Source of the DNA: Candidatus Thorarchaeota archaeon
Lineage (GTDB): Archaea > Asgardarchaeota > Thorarchaeia > Thorarchaeales > Thorarchaeaceae
Assembly: GCA_016933575.1 (NCBI GenBank)
Contig: JAFGAR010000175.1
Location: 27,520-91,519, forward strand
Direction: 5' to 3'
DNA: 64,000 nt
Position numbers and translations under genes: made by a program. Positions 9,304 through 20,000 of the stretch are shown in pieces; positions within the stretch are counted from its first letter, which is position 1; every line of letters starts with the position of its first letter. The notes under the pieces are model-generated. The model worked only from the letters and a program-made list of their open reading frames with translations, did no database searches and was not told the DNA's origin.

Positions 9304-10350
9304 TTAACTTGGTATTAAATCACCAACAACACTGAGTGCATAGGTGACAGCTGATGTACCTGAGATTGGCACGTAGCCAACATCAGAGATGTACTGCTGT
9401 CCCTGAGCTAGAACCCAGTTTAAGTATACGATCACATACCAAGCAAGATTGTCTTCATTGACAAGGTAGTACAATAACCTAGCAATTGGATAAGCACCTG
9501 TATTTGCGGAGTTCATCAAGTTTGCTCCAGGATCTGTGAGTTCAGCAGGGAGTGCCTTTAATGCATTCTCCAGATTGGGAGTGATATATTCCTGAATTGT
9601 TGGGTTATAGAGGTCAACGACTGCAAGGTCTTCCATGAATGCAAGTCCTACATATCCAATTCCGCTTGTATCCCCAAGGACACCAGCTGCAACACCTGGA
9701 TTTCCTTCAACAGCACTGATTCCAGCAGGCCATGAAATTGACTCGCTATCACCAAGCCCCCATGTATAGTTTTGGTAGGGATTTGGATTAGCACCTGCTG
9801 TCTTTAGCCATTTTCCAAAAGTCGCAGTTGTTCCAGAAGCATCAGATCTTACGTAGACATTAATATCTCCAGTAGCAGCAATTACAACATTGAAGGCAGT
9901 TTCAAAAACTTCCCATGTTGTAATGTTTCCTTGAAAGATTGCAACTGCCATATCACAGTCCATCTTGAAATTGGATCCATTGACAGCGGGATTGGCTACT
10001 ATGCCAAGTGCATCAGCTGAAACTGGGATAATCTTTACATTAGGATTAGCTGTTCTGTAGTCTGAATTTGGATAAGAGCTTGATGCACCAATATCGATTA
10101 ATTCATCAGCTACTTGAGACTGGCCAAGACCAGAGCCTCCGGTGCTGGGATTAACTGTCATTGCTGGAAAATCAGCGTGGAACTGGGTCGCCCATTCCTG
10201 TGACAAGGGATATACTGTGGTAGAACCAGCAGTAGTGATTATGTATGTGGTGGTTCCAGTACCCCCGGGAGGTGCAATCATGTACATTGCACCTGCGCCA
10301 ATAACAAGTCCTACAACAAGGACTGCTATCAGTTTGATACTATCATTCAT
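9304..10350 (-). CDS. pstS: Phosphate ABC transporter substrate-binding protein
   Basis: AGSTTVYP, GGSGLG, RSDASGTT, GAYPIAR motifs; N-terminal TM anchor; ATG 10350. Confidence 0.93.
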   Translation of the reverse strand: MNDSIKLIAVLVVGLVIGAGAMYMIAPPGGTGTTTYIITTAGSTTVYPLSQEWATQFHADFPAMTVNPSTGGSGLGQSQVADELIDIGASSSYPNSDYRTANPNVKIIPVSADALGIVANPAVNGSNFKMDCDMAVAIFQGNITTWEVFETAFNVVIAATGDINVYVRSDASGTTATFGKWLKTAGANPNPYQNYTWGLGDSESISWPAGISAVEGNPGVAAGVLGDTSGIGYVGLAFMEDLAVVDLYNPTIQEYITPNLENALKALPAELTDPGANLMNSANTGAYPIARLLYYLVNEDNLAWYVIVYLNWVLAQGQQYISDVGYVPISGTSAVTYALSVVGDLIPS

Positions 10351-10455
10351 TTTTTTTATTACTCCTATAGAGCGTACTCCAATTGAGTATGAAGACCCTC
10401 CAAAATCCCTAGTAATTAAGAAATAGGCAAGAGCTTCAGTAGCTGCATTTATCAG

Positions 10456-10518
10456 TATATGCTTCATATGCATATAATTAATTCCCCCTATCTTGCTTTA
10501 TCACAAAGCATAGATAGG
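10456..10518. promoter_or_regulatory. Palindromes in divergent pstS / regulator promoter region
   Basis: TATATGC-N7-GCATATA (10456-10476) and CCTATCT-TGCTTT...AAAGCA-T-AGATAGG (~10487-10518). Confidence 0.3.
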
Positions 10519-10624
10519 TTTTCAAAAATCAAAGATATCAACTCAGCTTCAAAAGCCGCTCTATCTTAAAAAATAGCAAATGTACATTTACATCATATGA
10601 AACATTCATAGGATGTGCTGAACA

Positions 10625-11638
10625 ATGATTACTACCAGAAAGCTCAATCAAGTAAGAAACTCATACTATGTGTATCTTCCTAGAGAATGGTGCGATGAAC
10701 ATCGACTGGACAAAAACTCAGAAGTCACACTGGAAAGAACTCAAGACGGAGCACTTCATATCTCACCTTCTGTTATTCAAGCAAAACAGACAACTCCGCT
10801 GAAAATAACCATTGAAAATGAACACAGGCAAGACCTCTCAAATCTACTTATCGGAGCTTATATAGTCGGAGCTGGAGAATTGGAGCTTACATTCACTGAT
10901 GCATTGGATATGGCTACACGTGAAGAGATTAGCAAGTGGGTAGACAAGCTTGAAGGATGGGGTATTCTTGATGAACACAGTAATAGTATGCTGATAAGTG
11001 ATATTCTTACTAGTGATCGAGAGGTTATTCGGAAGGTGCTCAAGCGACAATTTGCAACTACGAAATACATGCTTCAGCAGATGATATCATCAATCTCTGG
11101 TGGTGACATAACTGACTATATGCACATTGTTTCAAGGGATGAGCAGGTCGACCGTAATAGATACCTTGTCGAAAGATTGTGTCACCTTGTTCTCAGAGAC
11201 CCCGCGTATGCAAGAAAAATCGCACTCTCACCACCGGATGCTCTCAGTTTTAGTTTAGCTGCGAAGTTTGTCGAGAGATTAGCAGATCATATTTGCGGTG
11301 CGGTTAATGAGATTATGGACATTAAAAAAATTGATACAAAACTGGTTAAGCTGACTACAAGAATCTCTGAACTCTACGAGAAGACAACATCTGTTTTCTT
11401 CAGCATCGACAAGAAAGGAAGAGAGCAAAAGGAAGAATTAACCGTCGAAGCTACTGAGGCATTTGAATCACTACGAGAAGCAAATGATCTCGCAGACTCA
11501 CTGAGTCGTCTTGAGTCTTCAAGAAGCGAAAAAAACCCACACGAGATCATACTTGCACTGCATCTTGAAAGAATTGCTTCGTACTGCTCGGACATTATCG
11601 AGATTGGAATCAATAGAATCGTTGAAGTGAGAATATAG
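10625..11638 (+). CDS. Phosphate uptake regulator (AbrB/SpoVT DNA-binding domain + PhoU domains)
   Basis: RKLNQVRNSYYVYLPREW AbrB-like N-terminus; VERLADH and LERIASY PhoU repeats; divergent from pstS. Confidence 0.88.
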   Translation: MITTRKLNQVRNSYYVYLPREWCDEHRLDKNSEVTLERTQDGALHISPSVIQAKQTTPLKITIENEHRQDLSNLLIGAYIVGAGELELTFTDALDMATREEISKWVDKLEGWGILDEHSNSMLISDILTSDREVIRKVLKRQFATTKYMLQQMISSISGGDITDYMHIVSRDEQVDRNRYLVERLCHLVLRDPAYARKIALSPPDALSFSLAAKFVERLADHICGAVNEIMDIKKIDTKLVKLTTRISELYEKTTSVFFSIDKKGREQKEELTVEATEAFESLREANDLADSLSRLESSRSEKNPHEIILALHLERIASYCSDIIEIGINRIVEVRI

Positions 11639-11674
11639 AGGTTAGACTTATGACGTACTTTAACCTTAATTGAC

Positions 11675-12517
11675 ATGGTGAAGGGTGTGCGTCAGAGACC
11701 TAAGAATACTATGAATGACCTCGATAGCAAAGAATGGGTTAAATCAACTAAATCGTGGTTCATAATCAATCCTCGACCTAGATCTGATGTCCAGCTTGAA
11801 CATCCAGCAAAATTCCCTGAGGAACTAGTAAAGCATTTTCTTAGATTCTTCACAAAGGAAGGTTCTTGGGTCCTTGATCCATTTGCTGGCATTGGCAGTA
11901 CCCTTATCGCTTGCAAGGAGTCTTCAAGAAACTCTGTAGGTATTGAACTCAATCCGGAATTTGTTGATATTGGGAGGCGGTTTTTGTCAACATATCCGGG
12001 CAAAGGAGAACATCACTTTCTCGATGGAAATTCAATGAGAATTAGAGAGTTGCTTGAGAATGAGTTTAAGCATGAGGTACCAACATTTGATTTCCTAATT
12101 ACTTCACCACCATACTGGGACATGCTTCGAAAGTCTCGAGGGGGAAATGATTCAATCCAAAAAGACAGAAAGGAGCGAGGTCTACGCCAGTTCTATAGCA
12201 ATCTTGAATATGACCTTGGGAATATTGATAATTACTACCGGTATATCGAGACCTTGAGCTCCATTATTTGTAGCCTGAAGCCCTTCTTACGGGATGGAGC
12301 TTACCTATCCATTATTGTGCAGAATATGAGAGATACAAACGGTGAGATGCGACCGATAGCTTGGGATGTAGCAAAGCAACTCTCGAATCAATATCAACTT
12401 CAACAGGAGATGATCTGGTGTCAAGATAATAAGAAACTAGGTTGTTGGGGGTATCCAACCACCTACGTATCGAATGTGCATCACCACTATTGTCTCATAT
12501 TCAGGAATTCAGTTTAA
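11675..12517 (+). CDS. DNA methyltransferase (N4-cytosine/N6-adenine family), orphan
   Basis: HPAKFP (motif X), VLDPFAGIGST (motif I), ITSPPY (motif IV). Confidence 0.88.
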   Translation: MVKGVRQRPKNTMNDLDSKEWVKSTKSWFIINPRPRSDVQLEHPAKFPEELVKHFLRFFTKEGSWVLDPFAGIGSTLIACKESSRNSVGIELNPEFVDIGRRFLSTYPGKGEHHFLDGNSMRIRELLENEFKHEVPTFDFLITSPPYWDMLRKSRGGNDSIQKDRKERGLRQFYSNLEYDLGNIDNYYRYIETLSSIICSLKPFLRDGAYLSIIVQNMRDTNGEMRPIAWDVAKQLSNQYQLQQEMIWCQDNKKLGCWGYPTTYVSNVHHHYCLIFRNSV

Positions 12518-12571
12518 CAGTCGTTATAGCCATAAACATTCACATACTATGTTATACTGAGAGTATGTTGC

Positions 12572-13090
12572 TTGGTCGAACGAGTTGAAATCTTTGGAAT
12601 TGAAGAGAAAGAGCTCGAAGGATTTCTGCATGCACTATCTAATTTGTATAACAGTAAAACAAAATTCTACGAGTCAGGAATAAATCTGCTTCTTAGTAAT
12701 GAATTAGATAGCAAGCAAGTTCTTTTCATAACACATCTCTATACTATATCGACCGGTATTATTCTTCTATTCGTTGAGTATCTCAAAGATCTCAATACAG
12801 CATCCTTCAAAATTCATGCGTTTCGACCTTTTCTTGCATCACAAACCACATATGAATTTGCAGAGAAAAAGCTCAAGGAAACTCTAGAGTACTTCAAAGA
12901 CAAAGACATGAAACCTTTTGCACTTGAAGCCATCATTGATGTTTTTATATGTCCAAACTGCAATGCTCGGTATTCATCCAGAATTCTTAGGATGAGAGAT
13001 GACGGTTATATTGAATGTCAGAATTGTGGCAAGTATGTGTTTGTAAGAAAAAGTGAAGATACGCCTGAGTCACAATCGGTACAAGTTTGA
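12572..13090 (+). CDS. Hypothetical protein with C-terminal zinc ribbon
   Basis: CPNC...CQNCG. Confidence 0.7.
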   Translation: MVERVEIFGIEEKELEGFLHALSNLYNSKTKFYESGINLLLSNELDSKQVLFITHLYTISTGIILLFVEYLKDLNTASFKIHAFRPFLASQTTYEFAEKKLKETLEYFKDKDMKPFALEAIIDVFICPNCNARYSSRILRMRDDGYIECQNCGKYVFVRKSEDTPESQSVQV

Positions 13091-13143
13091 ATGTGAGAAC
13101 CATGTCATATCATTCTTAAGTAGATTCTTTTGAACGAGCATTT

Positions 13144-14031
13144 ATGCCAAATAGTCCTCGTCACCTCACTATTGAGGATCATCGACAAGTTAAGTTGCTT
13201 TGTGAAACAATATGGGAAGGTAATGACTATGTGCCAGAAACTTTTCCAAAATGGGTATCGGATTCTAAGGCAACGCCAATGGGAGTATTCGAAGGAGAAG
13301 ATCTCATAGCGCTTGCAAACTTAGAGAGAGTTGATGGTACCTCAATTGCATGGGTTCAAGGTCTTAGAGTAAAAGATGGCTATAGACAGAAGGGCTATGG
13401 TACAAGTGTGACAAATGCAATAGTCGATATCTCACGAACTATGGGAATCCGAACTTTATGGTATGCTACTAGCTCTAAAAATACATCATCACAACATGTG
13501 GCTGAACGAACTGGATTCAAAGTTGTGGACAACACCGGTTACTTTCGTCTATACAAGCCATACCCGCCACATGCAAAACCCAGTCCAAGCATCGTTCCTC
13601 TACAAGTAAATCCCTCGAGACTATTTGAAATCCTACAAGAAAATCCCGACCTTGTTCAAAGTACCACATTTCCATTAGCATGGGAATTCGACTTCAGGAG
13701 TATTGAAGGATTGACAAGACTACTCCAAAATGCTACCATCAGAGTCATTATCGATGAATCTGGTAGGGCTCAAGGCGTCTATTGTATGATAACTAGGCAG
13801 AGAAAGGACGAACTTACTGCTGCGTATACAGTATTCACCACTGATAGATCAATATTTGTTGACATCATTTCCAGGACTATTGATGAAGCAGAAACATTGG
13901 GAGCAAATCGTGCGGTCTACTTTCTTGGACCACGGGCAACAGAGTGGGCACTTACGCTTGGTTTTGTAGATGAGGAATTCAATGGTAGACAATTCCTCCT
14001 CTATGAGCTGAATCCAGCGGCCAATGCCTAA
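13144..14031 (+). CDS. GNAT family N-acetyltransferase
   Basis: GLRVKDGYRQKGYG acetyl-CoA motif A; NTSSQHVAERTGF. Confidence 0.85.
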   Translation: MPNSPRHLTIEDHRQVKLLCETIWEGNDYVPETFPKWVSDSKATPMGVFEGEDLIALANLERVDGTSIAWVQGLRVKDGYRQKGYGTSVTNAIVDISRTMGIRTLWYATSSKNTSSQHVAERTGFKVVDNTGYFRLYKPYPPHAKPSPSIVPLQVNPSRLFEILQENPDLVQSTTFPLAWEFDFRSIEGLTRLLQNATIRVIIDESGRAQGVYCMITRQRKDELTAAYTVFTTDRSIFVDIISRTIDEAETLGANRAVYFLGPRATEWALTLGFVDEEFNGRQFLLYELNPAANA

Positions 14032-14041
14032 GCGATAGATG

Positions 14042-17000
14042 CTATCTATTTCTCAGTTTTTTATAGATAGATAGAAATCCAACAAAGATTGCGACTGCAA
14101 GAGTTGTATACAAAGCAACTCTAAGTATTAGTTCCACATCACTAAAGGGATTTGGAGCTGGAAGTAGAGTAATTGTTAGGACAAGAGTATTGTAGTTATT
14201 ATATAAGTCAAAGACTGCAACTTCAATTGTGTAAACTCCTGAATCTAGATCAATGGAATTTATCAACCAACCTGTAGTATTCACTGAAAACCGAGTGTCA
14301 TTCACACTCCAATGATCTATACCTGAGAAATCAGTTGCCTCGAGATATACTTCTAGATTTGATCCATATTGAAGGTCGATGGATGCATCTGAGTATATCC
14401 AAGTCGGTGAGATTGTATCAATAACTTGGATCGTGACCTCATCTATCAATGTATTGTCGAATGGATCTATAGCTGTTAGCTCTAGACCATAACTTCCAAC
14501 ATGCAGAGGTACAACGTTAGATAGTTGTCCACTCAATGTCAATACAAAATGAACGGTATCGTTTATAGTAAAAGAGTCAAGGCCGCTATCATCGAAGATA
14601 TCGAATTGAAACACAAACGATTGACCAGCTTCGGCGACTATGTATTCCAGAGGTGTTAACCATTCTGGTGGATTATTATCAACCGCGGGGAGGTAACTGC
14701 TGTTTGTCACCCAACCAGTTAGATTTTCACCATCAAGTTCCACGGTTGCAAGGATTCCATTACTTCTGAAAATAGATGCAGTTTGCCCAGTAGTAGTAGA
14801 AGCTGAACGCCATATAGCATAGCTTTCCCAAATTGAAGAACTGGTCACTCGTTGATTATCAAACCAAGCATGCAATGCATGAACATCGCCAATCTCTGCA
14901 TAGCTGTTGGTATATGTTGGAGACCTTAATCCAGTGATAAAGAAGAGACGAGATCCCTCTAGTACTCCTGAGGAAATATAACCGTTCAATGTGTTAGCTG
15001 TTATCTCAACCTCTGCTTGCATAATTGTTACATTATTCTCATCCAATACAGCCATGCTTACATCTACTCCAACTTCGTATATACCTATCATACCACTGAA
15101 TGTATAATTCAACTGGATTGAATAGGGTTCTGCTCGCTGATACCAATTATAGAAATCCCCTAGTTCAGGATCTAGAAGCGGAACAACTTCAGTTGATGTT
15201 ATGGTCACAGACTCAGTATCTGTACGAGTGTCATTCCATTGGACAGTAAGTTCAATTAAATTGGTACCATTTTGAAACACCGGGACCATGACCTCTAATT
15301 GAGTAATATTCACAATATGAATGATATCTTCATCATTGACCGACACATCTAGAGATTCAACTTCTTCAATTTGGTCTATAGTATATTCTACAAGAACAAG
15401 ACCGCCTCTGACTGTCTGACTACTTGTTGGAGATGTTATTTCGAAGTTACGGGGAATCTCGACTGATACATTTTGCATTATAGCATTGTTTGAGGTCATC
15501 AACTCCCCAACAACTGGTGTTACATATACACACACATTATGCAATCCTAAATCAGTTGGGATCCAGATGTATTCAAATTCATAATATGCACTTGGTGCGA
15601 GAGAAGAAATTTCATCTTCGTCAACAACTACATCATCAATAAAGATTGTGAGTTCGACATCATATTCTGTGCTATTTCCGATATTATGAGCAATTGCAGT
15701 AATCTCAACAGGTTCGTTGAGTGAAGCATAGGAGGGTGCTAAGAGACCTGCTTCTAGTTCACTCCCTTGATATTTGTATAAAAAGTTGAGACTAAATTCA
15801 GTCGTATATGATAGGAGCGAACTATCATATGAGTTATAGTGAATCCCATCACCATGGTTAAGACCTACAGTACCGTCATAGATATTGCCCATTGTCTGAT
15901 AATTAAACTGAATTAGTCCATTCTCGTAGAAGACTACTTCAAATGTGCCAGCTATTCCTCCTGAGAGATAGTAATACTCGCGAAACTCTATGACCACTCT
16001 ATCCTCTGTTGCCCAACACCAGATATTGTTGTATGCAATGAGATCAGCCCACATTGGTGCAAGTGAGTAAACATATCGAGAATCAGTGGTTGGATATTCT
16101 ACATTGTTATATTGCCAAGGATTGTCATTCTCAAAACTAAGCCACCCATTACTACTAACATAGACTGTATCGAAGATATTATCATAGAATTGAAACTCAA
16201 AGGGAAGTACCACACCGACTGACTCGTCATCACCATCAACGTCTAGATTGACACCGTTTACAAAAGCATCATACCAAGTATATGTTACCTCGGACATCAT
16301 GTAGTCATGCAGGTCACGCACACTTACCATTTGAGTTGCATAATTATTAGCTTCTGAGTATTCATCATCCACAGGCTCTGCATAGGCTGTGATATTGTAT
16401 GAGTTCACTTCAAAGGGTGCCCAAGGATATTCAATTGATTCAGCGTGTCCACTAAGAAGCACTGGAACTGAGATTGAATCGACTTCACTACCATTGATTA
16501 GAAGTGTCAAGACTACATTAGTTTCATCCATAGTTCCTTTATTCTGAACTGAAGCTGTTATTGTAGTCGATTCTCCGGGCCCTAAAGTTGCAGGGACATC
16601 TATAGTGACTGAGAGATCATGTTCTGGAACTTCGTAATTTGACCAGATTAGGGCATTATAGACAATTTGGCAATCATCAGCGCCACTTGAGTATTCAGGC
16701 AATCCAGTGAATAGAACCATCCCGCGGTATGCGATAATTGCTCCGTAAGGAGTTGCGGAATCATGAAGTGCAAGATACATACCACCATCTAACTTGCTAC
16801 TGTCCCATTGTGAGTCGAGTGGATAGAATGTCATTGGATAAGCCTGAGTATAGGAGCCCTCGAGTCCATTGAATAGTGGATGAGTTTCTTCAATTAGATC
16901 ATACACTACTGAACCACTGTAATATACTGAAGTTGTTCCATAGTCAGCTAATCCGAGGAATTCAGCCCAATCTTCAAGATTGTAATGGAGTGCTCCTCCG

Positions 17001-20000
17001 CCTATAATGAATCCATGACCCGATTCAATATACTCCTTGATAGCATTGATTTCAGAAGTTGACATTTGTTCAGGCGGTAGACCTAGATGAAGAACATCAG
17101 GTCTCAGGGTTTCAAGTGTGTTAAGTGTTAATGGAAGAGACTCATTTTGAAATGAAGTGTAGTCAATATAGAGTGGAGAATCTCCGTAGCTATCCCAATG
17201 TAGCATAATCTCATCCCAGCAGCATTGATCAGCATATTCTGTGCCGGCACTTGGCAAAATGAGAATGCTTATTCTCACAGGCAGAGTAATCGATGCGTCG
17301 ATATAACCACCGAACTTTCCAGTTGCTGTAATTATCCCTGCAGAATCAGACATAAGTGCAAATGAAATCATTCCACTTTCATTTGTGTAGCCATTCTCGC
17401 TGTTACCAAGACCTGTAACGTTGATGAAGCAGTTCTCAAGTGGAGTTCCCTCATAATAATCGCTTGCTGTGAATGTCACTATCGTTGATTGTGAACGTTC
17501 CAAATAGCTAGGGCTTGCATCGAGTGCAATGATAGATGAATCATAGACAATGATTGTTGTAGAGAAATTCAAATACCCTGCTTTTGTCACATGTACATCA
17601 ATCAAACCACTAGATGTTGGAGAGATAAACACACTACATGTTCCGTCAGCTTTCGATGTATTTGCTACCGAAATACCACATCCTGAGAGTGAAACTGATG
17701 CGCCTTCAATTGGAGTTTCTGTGGCAGAATCAAAAGCCTCTAGATAGATTGTTTCAGAAGAACCTGACTTTAGAGCATTATCCGACAATAAAACAACAAG
17801 TGATGGGAATAAGAGGAATTCAATCGCATTAGCAATTAGTCTGTTGCGATTATTAACATCTGCAATTGCGTCAATTGAAAACCCGATGAATACGACTCCA
17901 CCCAAACTTGGAGAGGGGGAAAGCCCCGTTATAGCACTTCCACCAGAATAACTTCCACCATATGCAGCAGCATTTAGTGAACCATTAGCCGCAGCAAAAA
18001 CATCCGCATATGCAGTTCCAAGTTGATTGGCAAGTAGGATGTTTGAAGGAAGATTAGATACAATTGGATGTGAACCTGGTACAAGTTCGAGAGAACCGGT
18101 GTTTGTAGTCCTCTCTGTCCATTCTACATGAAACAATGATGAGAACCTACTATCCTCTACGCCATCTAATGAATAAAGGATTGAAGCTCCTTCAAAGAGG
18201 AGATTTCCTCCAGTATTATGGTATTCATAGAGAACATCAAGAAGATAGCTCATTGGTGCATTCAAGGGATAACCATAGTTGTCACCTGTAGAAACAATTA
18301 CTGCATCAAATCCTTGAAGGAAACTTAGAGCGGGTGTAGACTCATGCATTGTAAAATAGACTGTTACATCATACTCGTCTTTTAGGGCTAGAACATAGTC
18401 ACCAGGATTCGAAGCATCACCAAAGTTATCATCAGCCCACCCTCCAGGATAGTCTGGACCAGAGCTTGTTCCTGCATTATCACCAATAACTAGGACATCT
18501 CCCCGACTAACTTTGAAACGTATCTCGGATCCCCCACTCATTGATCCATTATCAAATTGAATGTAGAGTTTTAACCATCCAAATGTCGTAATATTGATTG
18601 AATCTGAATATTCTCCTGATACAGCTGTAAGATCCATTGTATGAATCACATTGCCAGAAGAATCCAACAATGTTGCATTTCCATTACAGTCATCATTAAC
18701 ATTTCCTGAAAAATTCAGGAAGGTATTGTAAATGGGAAGTCCATCAAGTTGAGTCGATACATCAAGTTTCCCTACATGTATTGAGGAAACTGAAGTACTC
18801 GCGAAGGGTTGAGTGATTCTTGTCACTACAGTGTAGTCACCAGGAAGTGAGTCTGGAGTGAATTCAATGGAGAACTGGCCCAGACTATTTGTAGATACTA
18901 GTTCCGAATACACAGTCACACCTAGTGGGTTCTTGATTGTGACATTAACTGTATCAGTGATTGGTTTATTGTTATATTGCAGGCAGGTCCCATCTACAGT
19001 TACTGTTTCGTGTAAATCGACTTGGTCAGTAGCAATAGTGACATTGTGTTTCCAATACATTCTGAGAGCAGGGTCTCCAAAATAAATAGCGTGATAAATA
19101 GTCTCTAAGGTTGGTCCATTTGATGTGTCATAGTTCGTAGCCATGAAATTCAGGGCATCATGAAATGCATCCTTTGGACTTGCCTCATGATTTGCTAATG
19201 CCTCAGTGAAAAAGTACTCCCAAAAGAGGTTATGAAATCCATCAAAGCAATCATATCCCGCCCAAGCAATACGGGTTGCACCAATATAGGTTGATGCGCC
19301 GCCGTTTGTAGCTCTGAAGAAAGCTTCACCAATTGTGGGTTCAACACCTTCAACATCAAATGCTGCAGTTTCGCATGCCATCGCAAAAGCAAAGGGAGTC
19401 TTATTCCCATTATTGAGTGCAAGTACATCACTCACATCAAGAGCATTGACCCAAACATCGTATGCTCCATGGTCGAAGAAATTGACGATATTGATGCCTG
19501 AGTTGATTTTTGTAACAATATCTACTGTCGAGAGAGAACCATCGGTTGGATAATATCGAAAGACATCGAAGAATGAATCAAAAAGATATTTCTGATTCAG
19601 CTGACCTTCTGACATCACGACACCGTCTCCATCTCCAAAGCAGTCAACAGCTATGAGCATGAAATCATTCATCCAATCTCCGGGTTCTGGGTCACTCTCA
19701 TAGCTAATTATACGAGTGAGGACTCGCTGGGCATCCGTAGAAGTCTGAATAGGCAATCGACCAACCTTGACCTCTGGGAAGAGATCTACATCATCATCGA
19801 ATTCGCCAAAGATATCATTATCATTAGCATCCCAATCGCCATCTAAGCACTCGTAATATAGGTCACTAGGTTCAGTCCCGTTATCTAAGCTCATTCCTGC
19901 ATTTGCAGGATCCCATACCTCCCTTGCTGGTACAAGGTCACAATCACCTATTAATAGAAAATACTCGGTAGCATTTGTCGCATAAGCATCTGTGATAAAT

